64,000 nt of DNA from Trichinella spiralis (taxonomy: Eukaryota), in the NCBI RefSeq assembly GCF_000181795.1, contig NW_003526947.1, positions 976,029 to 1,040,028 on the forward strand, read 5' to 3'. Below, one piece after another: positions 24,501-38,975 of the stretch. The position numbers were made by a program, and so were the translations under genes. The notes below the pieces were generated by a model. It ran no database searches and was not told where the DNA came from. It saw only the letters and a list, made by a program, of their open reading frames with translations. The stretch's first letter is position 1; each line of letters begins with the position of its first letter.

Positions 24501-27500
24501 AAGGCTCGTTGGATATTTTCCAAAATGGGCATAATTCTTTCGTTCGACTAAAATTCGAATAAAATTTTGCAAACAATGAACGCAACATCAAATCCCGTCT
24601 TTGCTCACCATGACAGATATAATGGTACACAGAAGTTCCAAATGGACGTATATAGTTGTCAAATTTACTGGAGTCTCCTGCAAAAGGCCTCAATTGATTA
24701 TAGTTATTCGTTTTAAAAATACAGACAAAGAGGGAGAAAATTACCGTGTGAAGTAAAATATCTTCAATCCACAAATTCAAAAAAGGATCAATTTTAGAAC
24801 CCAAAGTCTCCCCATTGAACATACGTTTCACCAATTGAATACAATGTTTGGTGATGTAATCCATGTCAACGGCGGGGTTAGGAGGCGGCGGCGTGGTAAG
24901 CAGCTGTTCGTGTGACTAAAGTAGGAATTTAAAAAAAATCAGCAAATACGATGATGCTACAGAAAAAAAAACCATCTTTCTCAAATAATAATGATGAGCA
25001 TTGTCTTACTTTGCATGCAACTTTGAGAAGATTAACAACTACCGGTCGCATCAAGGACAACTCAATCGGTCGATCAGAACCGTGTGCAGCGAACTAAAGA
25101 AAAACCAAACACACATCGTATGACAACGAATTATATAATTCGACAATTTAAGCACACATACCTTGGATTGCAATGAAAATGGACAAGAGCCACTCTGAAA
25201 AACATTTGAAATAAAAATAAATGAAACATTCTCTGATCAACTAACTATACTATACCCCCTCGTTGGAAAAATATACGAGCCGTTTCTTTCTCACCACTTC
25301 CCATTTTAGTATTGTTTCGATCAGATCAACAGCTATAGTTCGAAATTCTATCGAACTCTGAAAAAAAAAATAACTTTCACAATGAATAACCAATCAAAAC
25401 AAGATCAAAAAAAAACAAGCTTACGACACGTTCATTCATCTCTGAAGCGAGCAGTTTCTGAATCAGTGGAACCAAATATGGCATAATGTCGTGTCGCAAA
25501 AAGTAAAATACCAAATAATTGCGCAAAAGCAATCCCCTAAATGGTTGAGTGAAAATGTTTTCTTTTTTGGCAAAGTTGTGAAGAAAGAAAAAAGATCAAC
25601 ATACAACAAATGCAACGTCTTAGCGGAACTGAAGTGTTCTTCAATCAGAATCTGTTTGACTGGCTTCAACAGATAACTCATGCCATCATCCATACGAGAA
25701 AGAGCTAGCATGAGCACTGAAAACGCTTGCCGGACGACAAAACGTGCTTCCACCGAAGTAGCGTTTATTAGGCTATCCAAAACCTAACCACAACACAAAC
25801 GTTCATAGAGACGATATATTTTTTGTTCAAAAAAAAATAATTTGACAATATTAAAAACAAACCAACCTGCATAATAACTTGACGATTTATGGAAAATTGA
25901 CAAATTGCATACGATATCAGCATAAGTCCATGGTATCGAACTACAGGGTCCATGTGCTTGTGTTCTTCTTGTAAACATGGCCAACCGAATTGCAAAAAAT
26001 TCAACAAATAGACGTTACTTTTTCTGAAACAATCAAACAAACAGTTTTACACAACTTTAAACAGAATCAATCTATTTTTTATGATAAATTAAATTTGTCC
26101 ACGTTGTAAGAAGAAATTAAATGTTTATTATGTACTTTGTCGCAATGTGTTCAGATGCGTGTTTGATGAACAAGCAGCCCATTTGAGAGATCAATATTCG
26201 CAAATGAATATCTTTAATGTTCGACATGAGAAACTTTTCCACAAATGTGACCACCAAATTGTTTTGTACAGCTGATTCTGGACTCTCAGGCAAAGGACCG
26301 ATGAACTGGAGGAGAAAATCAATGGGAAAAAAATGACAAAAATGGTTATTATTATTCATTCGATAAAATTTGTAAAACCAAATAATAATAAAAGCAATTA
26401 AACAATATATCAATGTTACCTGAGAAACACGGCCTCTTTCCATCGCTTCGGCCATTCCAGGCACAATGACGGTTTGAATAAACTGGAATAAATAGAAACA
26501 GAAATGGAAATTTTTATCACCTGTTGGATCGTCATGTTGCACTTACAGTGCTTTTAATCGAATCGCTGATTGCAGGATTTTCCATCATTTCGGCTAATTT
26601 GAAAAAGCTCTGCCGTTTCCATTCGACCGGAAAATACAACAATTCTCTTTCCAAATAGCGAATCAAAAAGAGCAAGTCGGTGACAAAGCTTTCGTTGAAA
26701 GCGGACAGTATAGTCAAGAGTAGTTGAAAATCGTACCGATTGCAACTTGAAAAATGAAAAATATATAATTTTAAAAAATGCAGTAAAATTATAATACCGG
26801 TAGAATTGTAACAGAATTTTCAGCAGACGCTTCGGAGTTTTCCAATAATAATACCAGAGGGGTGTTTGCTAAAACAACAACAAGATGATGATAATGATGA
26901 TGACAAGAGATGATAGTTTTCCATGCTAATGATCCGCTTACTTCGCTGTATCGACTGGAAAAGTTCGGCGAAGTGTAAAATGAATAAGCCCAATTGAAAA
27001 TATGCGTATTGTTCTGTAACCATCTGCCGTCACGTTTCGACAATAGCAACACCAATCTCAACATCACCGCTGTTCGATCTTCGTAAGATATTTTCGACTT
27101 CTGCAAACAATGTGATCGAAAATTTTAAAATTGAAGAAAAAAAACCCAACCATCCAACAACAATTTTCTTTTCGTTCTCACCTTTTTCGACGAAATCAGA
27201 CTCATCAAATAGGACGGCTGGTCGTACAGAACAGCTCTCAGCTTTACACTGCGGGGATTTTTCAACAACCACTACACAAATTATACAAATATATATATAT
27301 ACAGAGAATATACTGTGTACCATTTTTTTTTGTTTTCACATAAAATTAATTCCCTTACAATGTACAAATCTATAGCATTGGAATCTCGAAAGAAGTCAGT
27401 TTCAAAAAATACATCGGTCACTTTAACTGGAAATTTTTCCGTAAACGGCAACAACAACGATCTGAATCTGTTGGCCAACTGAAATGCAGCAAATGAAATA

Positions 27501-30500
27501 TATATATATATACAAAAAATTGAAATTTATTAATCGGATCGTTTCAGTTGTGAAAAAATTTCTTTTGCAAAAACTCACCAACGACGTGTACAACGTTTCC
27601 ATTTCGACGAACGCTTCCAAATAGTTGTGAACGACGGTCGTGTCGACTTCGGTCATCTCGCCGAACATATGCAAAACGTACGAATAGCAAGCGTAGTCCT
27701 GAAAATGAGCGGATTAAAAAAAATACACGTCGGGTGGGGCTGATAGAACGGAAAAAAATATATATAGATGAAGTCAACAAACTCACTTACCGACTGATCT
27801 TTGGCTAAAGCACTTCGAAAATTGGTCAATTTGTACGAAAACGTTTTCAACGTTGTCTGCAATTTGGACAATGAAATTCACAAAACAACAAATCACAATT
27901 CACTGCTTCCTTACAGCTAATAACAAGCCCTGCTGGTTGACATTCGACGGGTACAGTCTGCTGCAGTAGAGAAGCGTGCGACCGACGTCTTCGTGACGTC
28001 CGCGGATATTTTCGTACAATTTCGTCATGCTTGAAAAGATCAAGCGCAACATTTCACTGGATACCCAGTTGTTCTCTTTGATCTGAAAAGAAGCGACGAT
28101 ACAAAAAAGAAATACACAACTTTTCCCAATCACAACCTCTTGCAGCATGCGGAACGCTTCTTCTTGAATCGTTTTCGACGATCGAATCAAAGTCTGCACG
28201 AGGTACAGGACCAATTTATGTCGTGTATCCAACGACGACCTCAAGAAGCACGTGTACAACGCTCCTGAATGAATTAAATTGAAATTATACAACACGATCA
28301 AAACAGAATAATAATAAATTGGGAAGCCTAAATTTAAAGGTAGGGGGAGGTATTGTTTGCTAGTATTTATTACGAGTGGCATGCAATTTCAATTCTTCGG
28401 CACGATGAGCCGCTTCGGTCATTCCATCCCAATTGTCCGACATGCCCGGACGCAGGCCGGCCACTCCGCTGAACATTGTAGCCGGTGTGTCGTTGTCGGC
28501 CGACAATTGCAAGATCATTTTCAATTTTTCCAAAAAATTCCTAATTTCCAACGAATCTTCTTTGAAACCAATTACAGAGGGCTCTATCGAGTGGACGTAC
28601 GAAAATGCATCCTGAAACACAAAACACACAACTGCTTGGTTATAAACAGCTTGACAAAAAAGCTTATTATTATTATTTTTGTTGTTTCTGTTCTTTTTTT
28701 TACCAAAAAAGCAATCTGATCTAGTATGGTTGATTTCAGTGGAAATGTGAAATATTCTGGCGACAACAAGATGCTCAAATAACGAGAATACGGTTTCAAT
28801 ATCGAAGTACGCGACACGTCCAGTTCCGTCGATGCAAATTCAATCGAACTTTTCACCTGCAATTGTTGTTGTTGTTCAACATGGTTATAAAGAGAAAAAG
28901 GGGGAAAAAAATTTTTTCCTCCATTCACATCTATTTGTACAAATAAATTGATCTTGACGAATACTTACAAAACGTCGCAAACTTTCACTGGACGATGTAA
29001 AATAAGGCAGAACAATGTACACTAACCGTCTGCATACTTCACTGCGACAAATACTATTCGCGCCTTCGATAACTTTGCTCAACAGCAATGACCAGCATTT
29101 GTGCACAGTTCCCAAAATTAGACGATCGAACTGACGAAAATAATTACATCATCGCAACGCAGCGTATGTGAGAGAAATAATCACGCGCACACTTACATCT
29201 TCGTCATTGTCGATGATCATCGCTATCAGGCAAGGTATTATCGTTTTCATCTGATCCGTAATCCACAACATGTGGTTGCATTCAATCAGAGTCATCATCG
29301 CATTGCAACAGCTCAATTTGGTGTAATACGGGCGCTCATAGCTGAGACTGATCACCCTGTCGAACAAGTATTGAAAAATTTGCAGTTCACTACTCTAAAA
29401 AATAAATAAATAAATAAATAAATCGAATCAAATTAATTTTTTTTGAAAAATTCACCTTCAACACGCTGCCTGTAATAGAGTTTGCCAAGTTGTACATCGT
29501 TTCGATCGTCTTCAAAGCCACTTCGTGCAAATCCGAGTTGTTCTCTTTCAAAATTTTCAACACAGCATCGACAACAATCAACCCGTCCATGTAATCTTGT
29601 TCTTTTCCATTCTCTTCACTATCGGCAGGGTCGGCTGAAAAGTTGCACAGTGAAAATTTTTTCATCATCACAAACACCAACCAAAAATATGCAAAATGAC
29701 GCGTACATATCTGCTGGTCAATTGCTTTGCAAATCATTGTTTTCAAAATCGCCTTTGCAAACGCCGTCAATTCCAACTTGTCGTTGCAAGCTTTATCTTC
29801 CACTATAACATAGCTATGCATATGTATAACATACATACAACAAAAAGAAAAAAAATGTATATATAATACAATACTACTCACACAACACTGTGGCGATGAT
29901 GTTGATCATCATTTGCCTGCTGGGATGATTGAAATTATCACTCAGATCAATCCAGGGTTGTACTTCTGCTGTGTCGAATCTTGAATAAAAATTAAATTAA
30001 AAATATTTTCAAAAAAATTATTAAAAAAAGTTGTTTTTATCAACGCCTTACACCACCCTTTGCTTTATATTAAGCAGTGTAATTCGATGCAGAATCAATG
30101 AGTAGAGAAAAAGTTGAGAAAATGCACACGACTACTGTGACAAAAAGTAGAAAAAGCCCACTATTCAATTCAATAAGTGCACAAATCAATTTATCCACAC
30201 AACACAGAAAAAGCAGTTTTGTTCACCTGTTTCGAAACAAATCAATGTTAATCCCGTGCGGACCCAACAATATCGTGAGAACATTTTTGCACATCACACA
30301 GCTGTGCACTTGCAAAGCGTTGTCGTTCAGCGTCTGCGACACGTTCGTGTAGCACTGCTCGAAAATCTGATAAAAAACAAATAAAAATAATAAATTGATC
30401 AAGCGAAAAAAAATACAACAATCCTCCATATATATATATACCAAGTGCAATTCGATATTGTAATTTAAGGCGACTGGAAAATTGGATTCACAACTGCACT

Positions 30501-33500
30501 GGATGCAGGTCGAAGGTTGCGGATTCACGCTGCTTACGTTCGATACCTGATCGACGTTGGACGTTCAATTTTGGTTTAGTTGCTCCAAAAGACAGGGGAT
30601 AAAAGAAAAGCACACAACTTACCAATTCTGGATCGACAATCAGATACCGATTCAAGCCGCCCATTTTGCTCAAACAACGCCACAAGTCGGTGGCCAGCTT
30701 TTCGTCCGTGCATTCGCGCAACACTTTCCATATGGCGCGCAACAAATGTACCCTGACCGGCCGGATAGCTTTGATCGCCACTGATGTCGTCGGCATGTCG
30801 ATTATACTCTCCAACACCCGCAACGCCTGCAAAGAGACAGAACAATAATACACACACACGCACACATACATATATACATAGAACAGAGCTTCTGTATTAT
30901 GCGACATGTGGAACCAAACCACCAACATGCATGACCGAAGAAAACTTACCGAAAATCCAAGATTGACTGAAAAATTGTTCAACGCTTCAATGATCGCTTC
31001 GACGACAATCGGCAGATGCTTCTCGAAAGCAGGAAATGGTATGCCCAAAATCAAATCGACCATCAATTCTTTCACTTCACGACGATAACTCAACATCAGA
31101 AAACTTCTCAAATCTATATATTTTAATATTTAAAAAAAGCAAAAAAAATATGAAAAATATACAGAAGAAACAGAAAAAGAAAACACCACTACTAAAACTG
31201 ACCCTTCAACAGTCGTGGCACAAGCGGTACAAATGCTTGGAATAGAATCGATTGGATGCGAGATGAAAATTGATTGAGCAACAGACGCAACGGAAACAAC
31301 TGATTGTAAGCATCTTCGGCCGACCGAGCCATGTCCATGCAGGACGAGATCAGACGAGGCATGTATGACTTGAAAATGAACACATTATATATTTTTTTCT
31401 GTTTGAAACTAATCGAACGAAATCAATGCTATTATTATTATTATTATTATTTATAACATACTTTGAGAACCATTTCATTCTGCTGCGGATAAGCAGTCAC
31501 CGCACTAAATATCAACTTCAACAATTTCATCTCCACCACGCAAGCATCCTGACCATCTACAAGACGTTTTATCGTAAAGAAACAAACATCAACACCACAT
31601 ATACATATCAATGAAGTTTGCTATTTAAACAAATTCGCAAATTTCTACTTTGAAGACATCGAAACAAAATACTACTCACATCCCAATTTTACCAAATTAT
31701 CCAAAATATATTCCATTCCAACAGCAACCAAAGACGACGACGTTCGTTGTACTGTAGACAGCAAATTGATAATTGTCTAAAATTATAAATAAACAATGAA
31801 GCGAATGAACAACTAAAATATTTTTCACTGATCAAATAATACCCAAAGTGTTTCATTCAGTGAAACTTTCCGAATAACCATCTGAAATCAGAAATCAACA
31901 ATTGCAAATTAAACAATAATAAGAATAATAATAATTTCATTCACCGAAAACTCAGATGACAATATTTCGGCAAATATCAACGGTGGAACAGCTCCAAGCT
32001 GAAAATTGGAAATCCAAATTAATAAATATACATATGTGCATTTTTTCACATTTGTGTTAATGATTAACAAAAAAAACAACATATTTCACTTACACATTGA
32101 CAAAAAAGTTCCATGAGTTCTTTTTCTTCTCGAGTTATAGATGAACTGGAAAGAGAAAGCATGACAAACAGCAGCAGCAACAAGAAAAGATGAGAAATAG
32201 AAGACAATTAATATACACTTACCCAGGTGCTCTGGTGGATGGCATGAAAAATGTATCCAAACAAATGAGACCATATCGAAAATAATCTCTCAAAATACGA
32301 ATATGCTTCGGCGCCAAAATTTTCCCAGAGACGAAATGTTCAGCTGATGAAGGTAAAAAGAAAGCAGAATAAAAAATTAATTTTGAACTACCCAAATTCA
32401 ACTGTATTCCACACAACACTATATACTACTAACTACTACTACTACTACTACTACTAGTGCTAGCTAGGTAGCTAGGGTATTATTTGTTGTTGTGCTTGCT
32501 TACTGGTGAGATTTTGAGTTCGACCAACAATGTGACCCAAAATTGATCGCAGTGAAATTGCCAAATTTTTGAAAAATTTCCGCTGCTCTGACAAACTGAA
32601 AGGCAATTTCATTGGTGAAAAGCCAAAACGCACATCGCCACATTGGAAAACACAATCCTATGGAGAAAAGAAATTGAACAGTGTGGTAGAATGAATATAA
32701 TAATAAGAAGGAAAAAAAAAGCCCAACCAAGTCGTCGGATTCTGGAGCATGAGGTTTCGTCGCTTCGGCTTGCTCCGCATCTTCAGCGTTGGATTTCGAC
32801 AAGTTCTTCTCTTGGACAGATTCCGTCGCCTGAGCTTCGGCAGGTTTTTTCGGCGGCACTGGTGCTCCTGCTGCCCCAGCCCCTGCCCCTGCTCCTGCTC
32901 CTGCCCCTGTAGCCGCGGCCCCTTTGCCAACCGCAGCTGCTGCTGCTGTTGTAGAATTGTTCAACCAATCAATTTTCATTCTTTTCGGTGGACTGAAAAC
33001 AAAATAACACAAGTGAAAAATTTGTTCCCAGAAAATTTTTTCTACTCACAGTTTCCCTTTGGACATCAATTCTTCTGTGCAAAAACCTTTCAAACGATGA
33101 ACGAACAATTCCAACAAAAAATAATGTATCGGATGTACCTAGAATGAGATTTCAGCTTTTGCACTTTTAAAAATTAACCAAATTCAACCAAAATTATAGT
33201 TAATAATAATAATAATAAGGAATAAGAATTACACCCGTCCTGTCTTTTTGTTGACTGATCACATCCGAAAGTACTGACAAGGATCGCATGGCAATTATTT
33301 GACAATTTGAAGTCAGCGTACAGTCGAAAATATAGCGGCTAAACAACCGTATCCCGTTCATTATAGTGCTCTGATCCAAAACGTTGCGCATGTTGAACAC
33401 GTAATCACCCAACAATGGCAACCAATACGCTCTGAAATGGAAATTAATTAAAATCAAAGAGAAAGTTCGAATTATTTTCCCTCATTTCACAAATCAAAAA

Positions 33501-33883
33501 ACCCATGATGGATGATTTACCGAAGTTGATCTTTTGCCGTATGATCATCACCAAGCGCAAACGCTTCATTGAAAACACGATCCGAATATGGAGCAAATTC
33601 TTAAAAATGAAAATATAAAATTCAATGTTCAATTTTATTCAAATTTCATCAACTTACTGTCACGATAACGAGTGTGTATCAATTGCCTTATGACAACCAA
33701 CATTTCTCGACGAATACTAACCGATCCACTTGGAACACTTTCAAGCGTATTCAATATTGCCTCTGGCAAATAAGCTTCATCACTTCCAAGAACAGTCTGC
33801 AAATAGCATTATTTTGACATATTTGAATATTGCTTAAAATAACAACACAACAATTAAATTTCATTATATAATAATAAATAAAA

Positions 33884-33936
<53 letters not shown>

Positions 33937-35706
33937 CATTATACAATAAATATATGAAATATATACAAGTGTTAAGTCCATTGTATCCGCAAACAATGCC
34001 ATTGTTTTGGATTTTGCATTCAAAAAATCTTCAAACAGCAAAAGATCAAAATCTGGATCTTTCCTAAAAGAAATCAAAAAAAATTCGCATAATTCAATAA
34101 AATTCTCAGCCAACGAACGGTTAGTTCAATTACCGTTGCTCGCTTGTTGGAGCTAGGTAGAGAAATTTCGCTGCATTGCACAATATACTTCGATATTCTT
34201 CACGGACACTTTTCGAATGAAATCCATTTACAATTTGAATCAATGCAGGAAGTTCGGCCAACAATTTGACAGATTGGGAAGTTTTCGGCACAACAGTAAA
34301 CTAAATTGAACAAAAATGACAACTTTTCATTGACAAACACTAGCTAATGTGCTGCTGCTGCTTCGTGCAAATCAAGTAGTACATATTTCATGTAAAATCC
34401 TTCGCCTTTTTCTGGATCTTTCTTATAGACGACAGTTTCACGATAAAAGCTATCCAAGTGATGTTGCAAAAAGCTGTCGCACGGTTCGTGAGCGACAGGC
34501 TGACGATTTTTAGGTCCAAACATCTCCTTTATCATATCTGGAATGCTGACGAACATTTTCAGAGTAAACAACATAAACTGCGTTATCTGAAAAAGAATTG
34601 ACAAAAAAAATTACTGCTAATGTAAATTCAATCTGAAAGAACGCTTGAATTCAATAATTAAAATGACAACTGAAATAGCAGTATAATAGTGACAACTGAA
34701 ATCAATCTATTAAAATTTCATCTTAATTTTATTTAATTAAATATGGCTAAATAACTGTTAACTTGTGACAAATAATCCATGAAAATATCAACCATCAAAG
34801 TACATAAAATACCCATTTGTAAAAAAAAACAATAAAAGTTATTCATAAGTGCTGCCCTGATGTTTTAATCCAAATTAAAAAAAATATTCATACTTCAACG
34901 GTAAATGGCACTCGCATGTCATGCAATATATCTCGGAGAATTCGTGCACAGATAACACCATTTTGCTCATTTTCAACCTAAAATTTAAAAATATTCAAAA
35001 CAATTAAATTAATAAATTAAATGCATAAATATTAAACTGATAAACTTGAAAGAATTGAATTAATAAATTAAAATAACCCACCGCTATTAATCGAAATAAA
35101 GTTGACACTGCTGTAGTCCAAAAAGGTTTCATTTTTTCACCAACGCTAGGAACTTGGTGTATTAACTTCAATGTCAAAAGACGCAGCTCCTGAATTAAAG
35201 AATCAAAGTAAAAATAAATTTAAACAAAGCTTGCAGTACAGCTTCCCAAAGTAAAAATTAAAATACAATTCTGAGCTGTTACCAAAGTTTGAAGCATAAA
35301 ACGACAAAAAACCAAAGTGACACCGAAACAAAAAAACAATACCTGAATGTCGCTCGACAAAATAAACTGAGGAGATGAAGAATGCAACACATTTAACAAC
35401 GTGTTGTATACTACATCAGCGACAGAATTCAACGAATCTACCGACGATACAGTCTAAAATTATCAGCATATACTACAATATGTAGCAACATAAAAGAAAT
35501 AATATTAATCATATTACGTCAAACCGTTCGCTCAATGAACGCATTGCCTTTAGTTTAGCTCGTTCATCTACAAGACAAAGACATATAATCAAAAAATTAT
35601 AATTAACGTTGTAGTCATTACTTTGGTTGGAATCTTGCAGCGTTGACACTAGCACTTCAATCTCACCAATAAGTTTCGAATAGACTGGTGCCGGAGACGA
35701 AAACAT
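16961..35706 (-). CDS. trr-1: Transformation/transcription domain-associated protein (TRRAP/Tra1 ortholog; HEAT-FAT-PI3K-like pseudokinase-FATC). Multi-exon gene, roughly 70-80 small exons (extrapolated, not all counted).
   Basis: Spliced translation matches TRRAP along its length. The N-terminus reads DERAKLKAMRSLSERFD...QELRLLTLKLIHQVP...VENEQNGVICARIL (human DETKLKMMQEVSENFE...QQLRKLVLEIIHRIP...ENEENVLICLRII). Internal matches: FAPYSDRVFNEAFALGDDHTAKDQLR, VLDSLINATSVEARFVVRQA and IHKFLPIVEFAQIGYLIGRRFHIVGTDG. The C-terminus is DNLCRMDPAWHPWF-TGA (stop at 16961-16963). Exons checked for GT-AG and reading phase include 35622-35706, 18480-18587, 18309-18416, 17824-18156, 17563-17701, 17210-17464 and 16961-17070. 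Confidence 0.96.
33887..33931. repeat. (TA)n microsatellite in a TRRAP intron
   Basis: Uninterrupted TA run of about 22 units. Confidence 0.95.
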
Positions 35707-38700
35707 TTTTAGTTATCAGTATGCTTAAAATACACAACAACATACAAAATTCAAACAAAACAAAAACTATAATAATAACTGAAACATTACAAAACAAAAA
35801 ACGGATTGTTCGCTTTACAGTATGAAATATGATTCATAAGTTCTCTCAAAAGTACTGTAAGTGCACCGTTTTCTCCTACTTTCAGAGTTCAAAAACAATC
35901 AAAACAATGAAATTCATCATATTTTCACAAAGAAATAATTCATAATATACTATATTTATATTTTTCCTTTTTAAAATTCGATCCAAAGTTCAAATGATTT
36001 GTAAAATTTATCATTTCCACTAAAAATGCACACCAGTTTATTGAAAACTGTTGACTGTTTATTGCATCACTGTTCCAGTATAATTTCTAATCATCAAGCT
36101 CGTATTATTTTTCAAATATAAAGACATTTATTTTGTAAAGAAAAACAGATGGCGTAATAATTAATTTGTGAAATGAAATGCTTTCACCTCATGAGTTCAT
36201 AACATGTCACAGTTAATACTGAACAATAATAAATCGAACTAATTACATTGTAATTAAGTGTATTATCCTTATACTATGTGAAAAAGATCAGCAGCGATGC
36301 GGCTTTTAAAAAAAAATACACAACTATAAAACATGCACCGAATAATAACAACTCAATCTCAAGTTGACCGTTGATTTCAACGAAAGATAATCAGACTGAA
36401 TTCAATTTAATCAAAGTGAAACAATGACAGAAGCAGAATATTTTCAATTTCAACGCATATATCCAAACAGAAAAATACCAAGTACTTGTTCTAAAACAAT
36501 TCGGCATTCCAATAAAAATATTACGGTGCGTAATTAACAGTGTCAGAATGAACAAAGTGAGATAAAACACTAACAAAAAATATTAACTTCCAATATAGAA
36601 TGTTCTGAAATTTTGATGATGCAATGCAACGTTATCATTACTGGTTGATTTTAGGCTACAAATGAATAAACATTGAAGCAGGTAAATGCATAATGCTCAT
36701 TGCGAAACATTATTTGCGATTAAACTTAGCGTTTATTTACAATAAGTAGCTACTCTCTAAGCTTCAACAAAGAATATTTTACCGTTATCTTAGAATGCTC
36801 AAATACTAAAGAAACAAAAGCGAAACAAATCTCAAAATAAAATACATCTAACTAAACTTCGCATTATTTTAAAAAACTGTATAATATTTTATATAAATTA
36901 CCATGCATTATACCAATCATATTGCAGATCGATGAATTAGCCAGAAAATGATAAAACTGTACTTACAATATACAATATTTGTTTCAACATTTTTGAAGAA
37001 AATGGAACATCATCTTTGTCACAAAATTACAATACAATAACAACGTACGTAGAACAGTCGTCTCCTTCTGTTGCCTACAATGAGACATTATTGCACGAAT
37101 GCAAAACGAAACGTAATTTCAACAAGGCCTGTTATTATTATTATTATTGGTTCAGGTTATCACAAATAGAATCATTAACGAAGCTGATCGTTATCACCGT
37201 GCATACATGAAGAAAACTGGCATTTTTAGAAAACCTTTAGTACAATTTAACGTTTCTTTATAGAATTATTCACTGCACAGTAGATAATTTACAAGTAAAA
37301 TATGAAAAATACGATCATCTATGTTACCATTCAGTCCACATAAATAACGTGATACAATTAATGCAGGGAAATTTTCATTGCAAAAAAATGCGTTGTTATT
37401 TGCTAATCGACGAAATTTGAATTTTACCACAACTGCAGCTCTTCCCTTCAACAAATTTCAGAAAACATACAGTATGACGACAGTACAAGCTTGCCTATCT
37501 TTACTTACAGTATGAATAATCAGTAATGTTTTACTTTTATTTTTGTCCTGACCGTTGGACCTGTTTTATTAAGTAATAATGCAAAAGAATTAAAATTGTA
37601 ATTTTTGCTGCGCTGCATTCGTCTGTGTCGCAGCCTGCTGATATCTCTCATTCACGCTGATAGCATTTATGGGTGTTGGGTAATTTCACATATTTCAATT
37701 ATAATAAGAAAAATAAAATAATAAAAGAAAACAAATGAAATGCCAATTTGTATAATTTTTAATCAAAATTATGCAGTATTCCAACTGGGGAACAGATGGG
37801 GGATTGAACTGTAAACATCAAAGTTTGGAAAAAAAATATATTTTTTAAAATTCATGAAAAAAATGACGTCTACGTAAAAAAGTGAAATAAATCGAAAGCT
37901 GATTTGATTTTTTTCCGTGCTATTTCATGCTGCTATAGCTAGGCTAATCATTTTTTCAGTCTACTTAAAAAAATTAATTCCATTGACAGCAGCATTATCG
38001 GTCAGTAATGTGTTATGATGATGAGAATGATCTTTTAAAAAAAAATTTTTTTTTCCTATCCATCATCATCACTTTTAAGTTACGCATGTTGATGTTGAAT
38101 CGAATGTTCAACCATTGACCATGGAGTACTGTGAGTAAGTAAACTTTTCGGGTGTTGGACCAATCAAAGTGAAAATTTTAACTTACCAAAACCAATTTCC
38201 TGAAGATAAAAATGATTGACTTACTTAATGAAAAAAAATAGATTGAATATTGGAAAAATGAATGTGGAAAACCTACTGTGTATTGTTTTAATAAATGACA
38301 TCGAAATCAATTCAACCGAAAGTTCTATAATGAATAAAACAGTTGAAGCTAATAGAGTATGCAAATTTTTTCAATTGAAACTTTCCACAATTGTCGGTCT
38401 TCATCGTGCGTATAGTTGTTTTCAATCAATGATCACGCAAGCGGTAAAATTGCAGAAAAATTTGAACTTGTTTTGCAAAATTTGAAAATTTCACTCGTAA
38501 TTGTTCTCCACAGTTTATTTATTCATTGCAACAATAAGCCGTGTGTGAAATTGACAAACTCTTATTGTTATTATTATAGCTTGTCAGATTTGAAATGGAT
38601 ATTTTTGAACAAAAAATGTACTTTTCTATGCAGCTTCTTTCTGTCGCAGTTGTTGTAAAATTCAAACATTCTTGGTTTGTGGTTTTTTTTTAATATTAAC

Positions 38701-38975
38701 GCAAGCACACAAGACAAAAATTCCCTTCAACAAAGCAAATGCTTTTGCACTTTGCACTTTGCACTGAACAAAATAACCGAACCTCAACAAGCCTCGTGGA
38801 ATAGTCGAGACAGATACAAGGTTTTAGATATTTGGCAAAAAATGGTTATGCGATAAAAATCGCCAATGAACCTTCGTTCAGTTTCAAGCGATCGTTGCTA
38901 TAATTAAAATTTGAATATTAAATAAAGTAATGTAATATAATATAATATAATAAAGTGAGAATTTAACCGAAACAG

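Noticed and set aside
17244..33147. Long plus-strand ORFs overlapping TRRAP (e.g. 20958-21581, 23963-24379, 32749-33147)
   Set aside because: They are antisense shadows of coding exons that run through intronic low-complexity sequence and show no protein-like features.
36424..37510. Possible plus-strand gene divergent from TRRAP (ATG ACA GAA GCA..., with several splice-like signals)
   Set aside because: Every spliced path I tried hit stop codons within one or two exons, and no homology was recognised.
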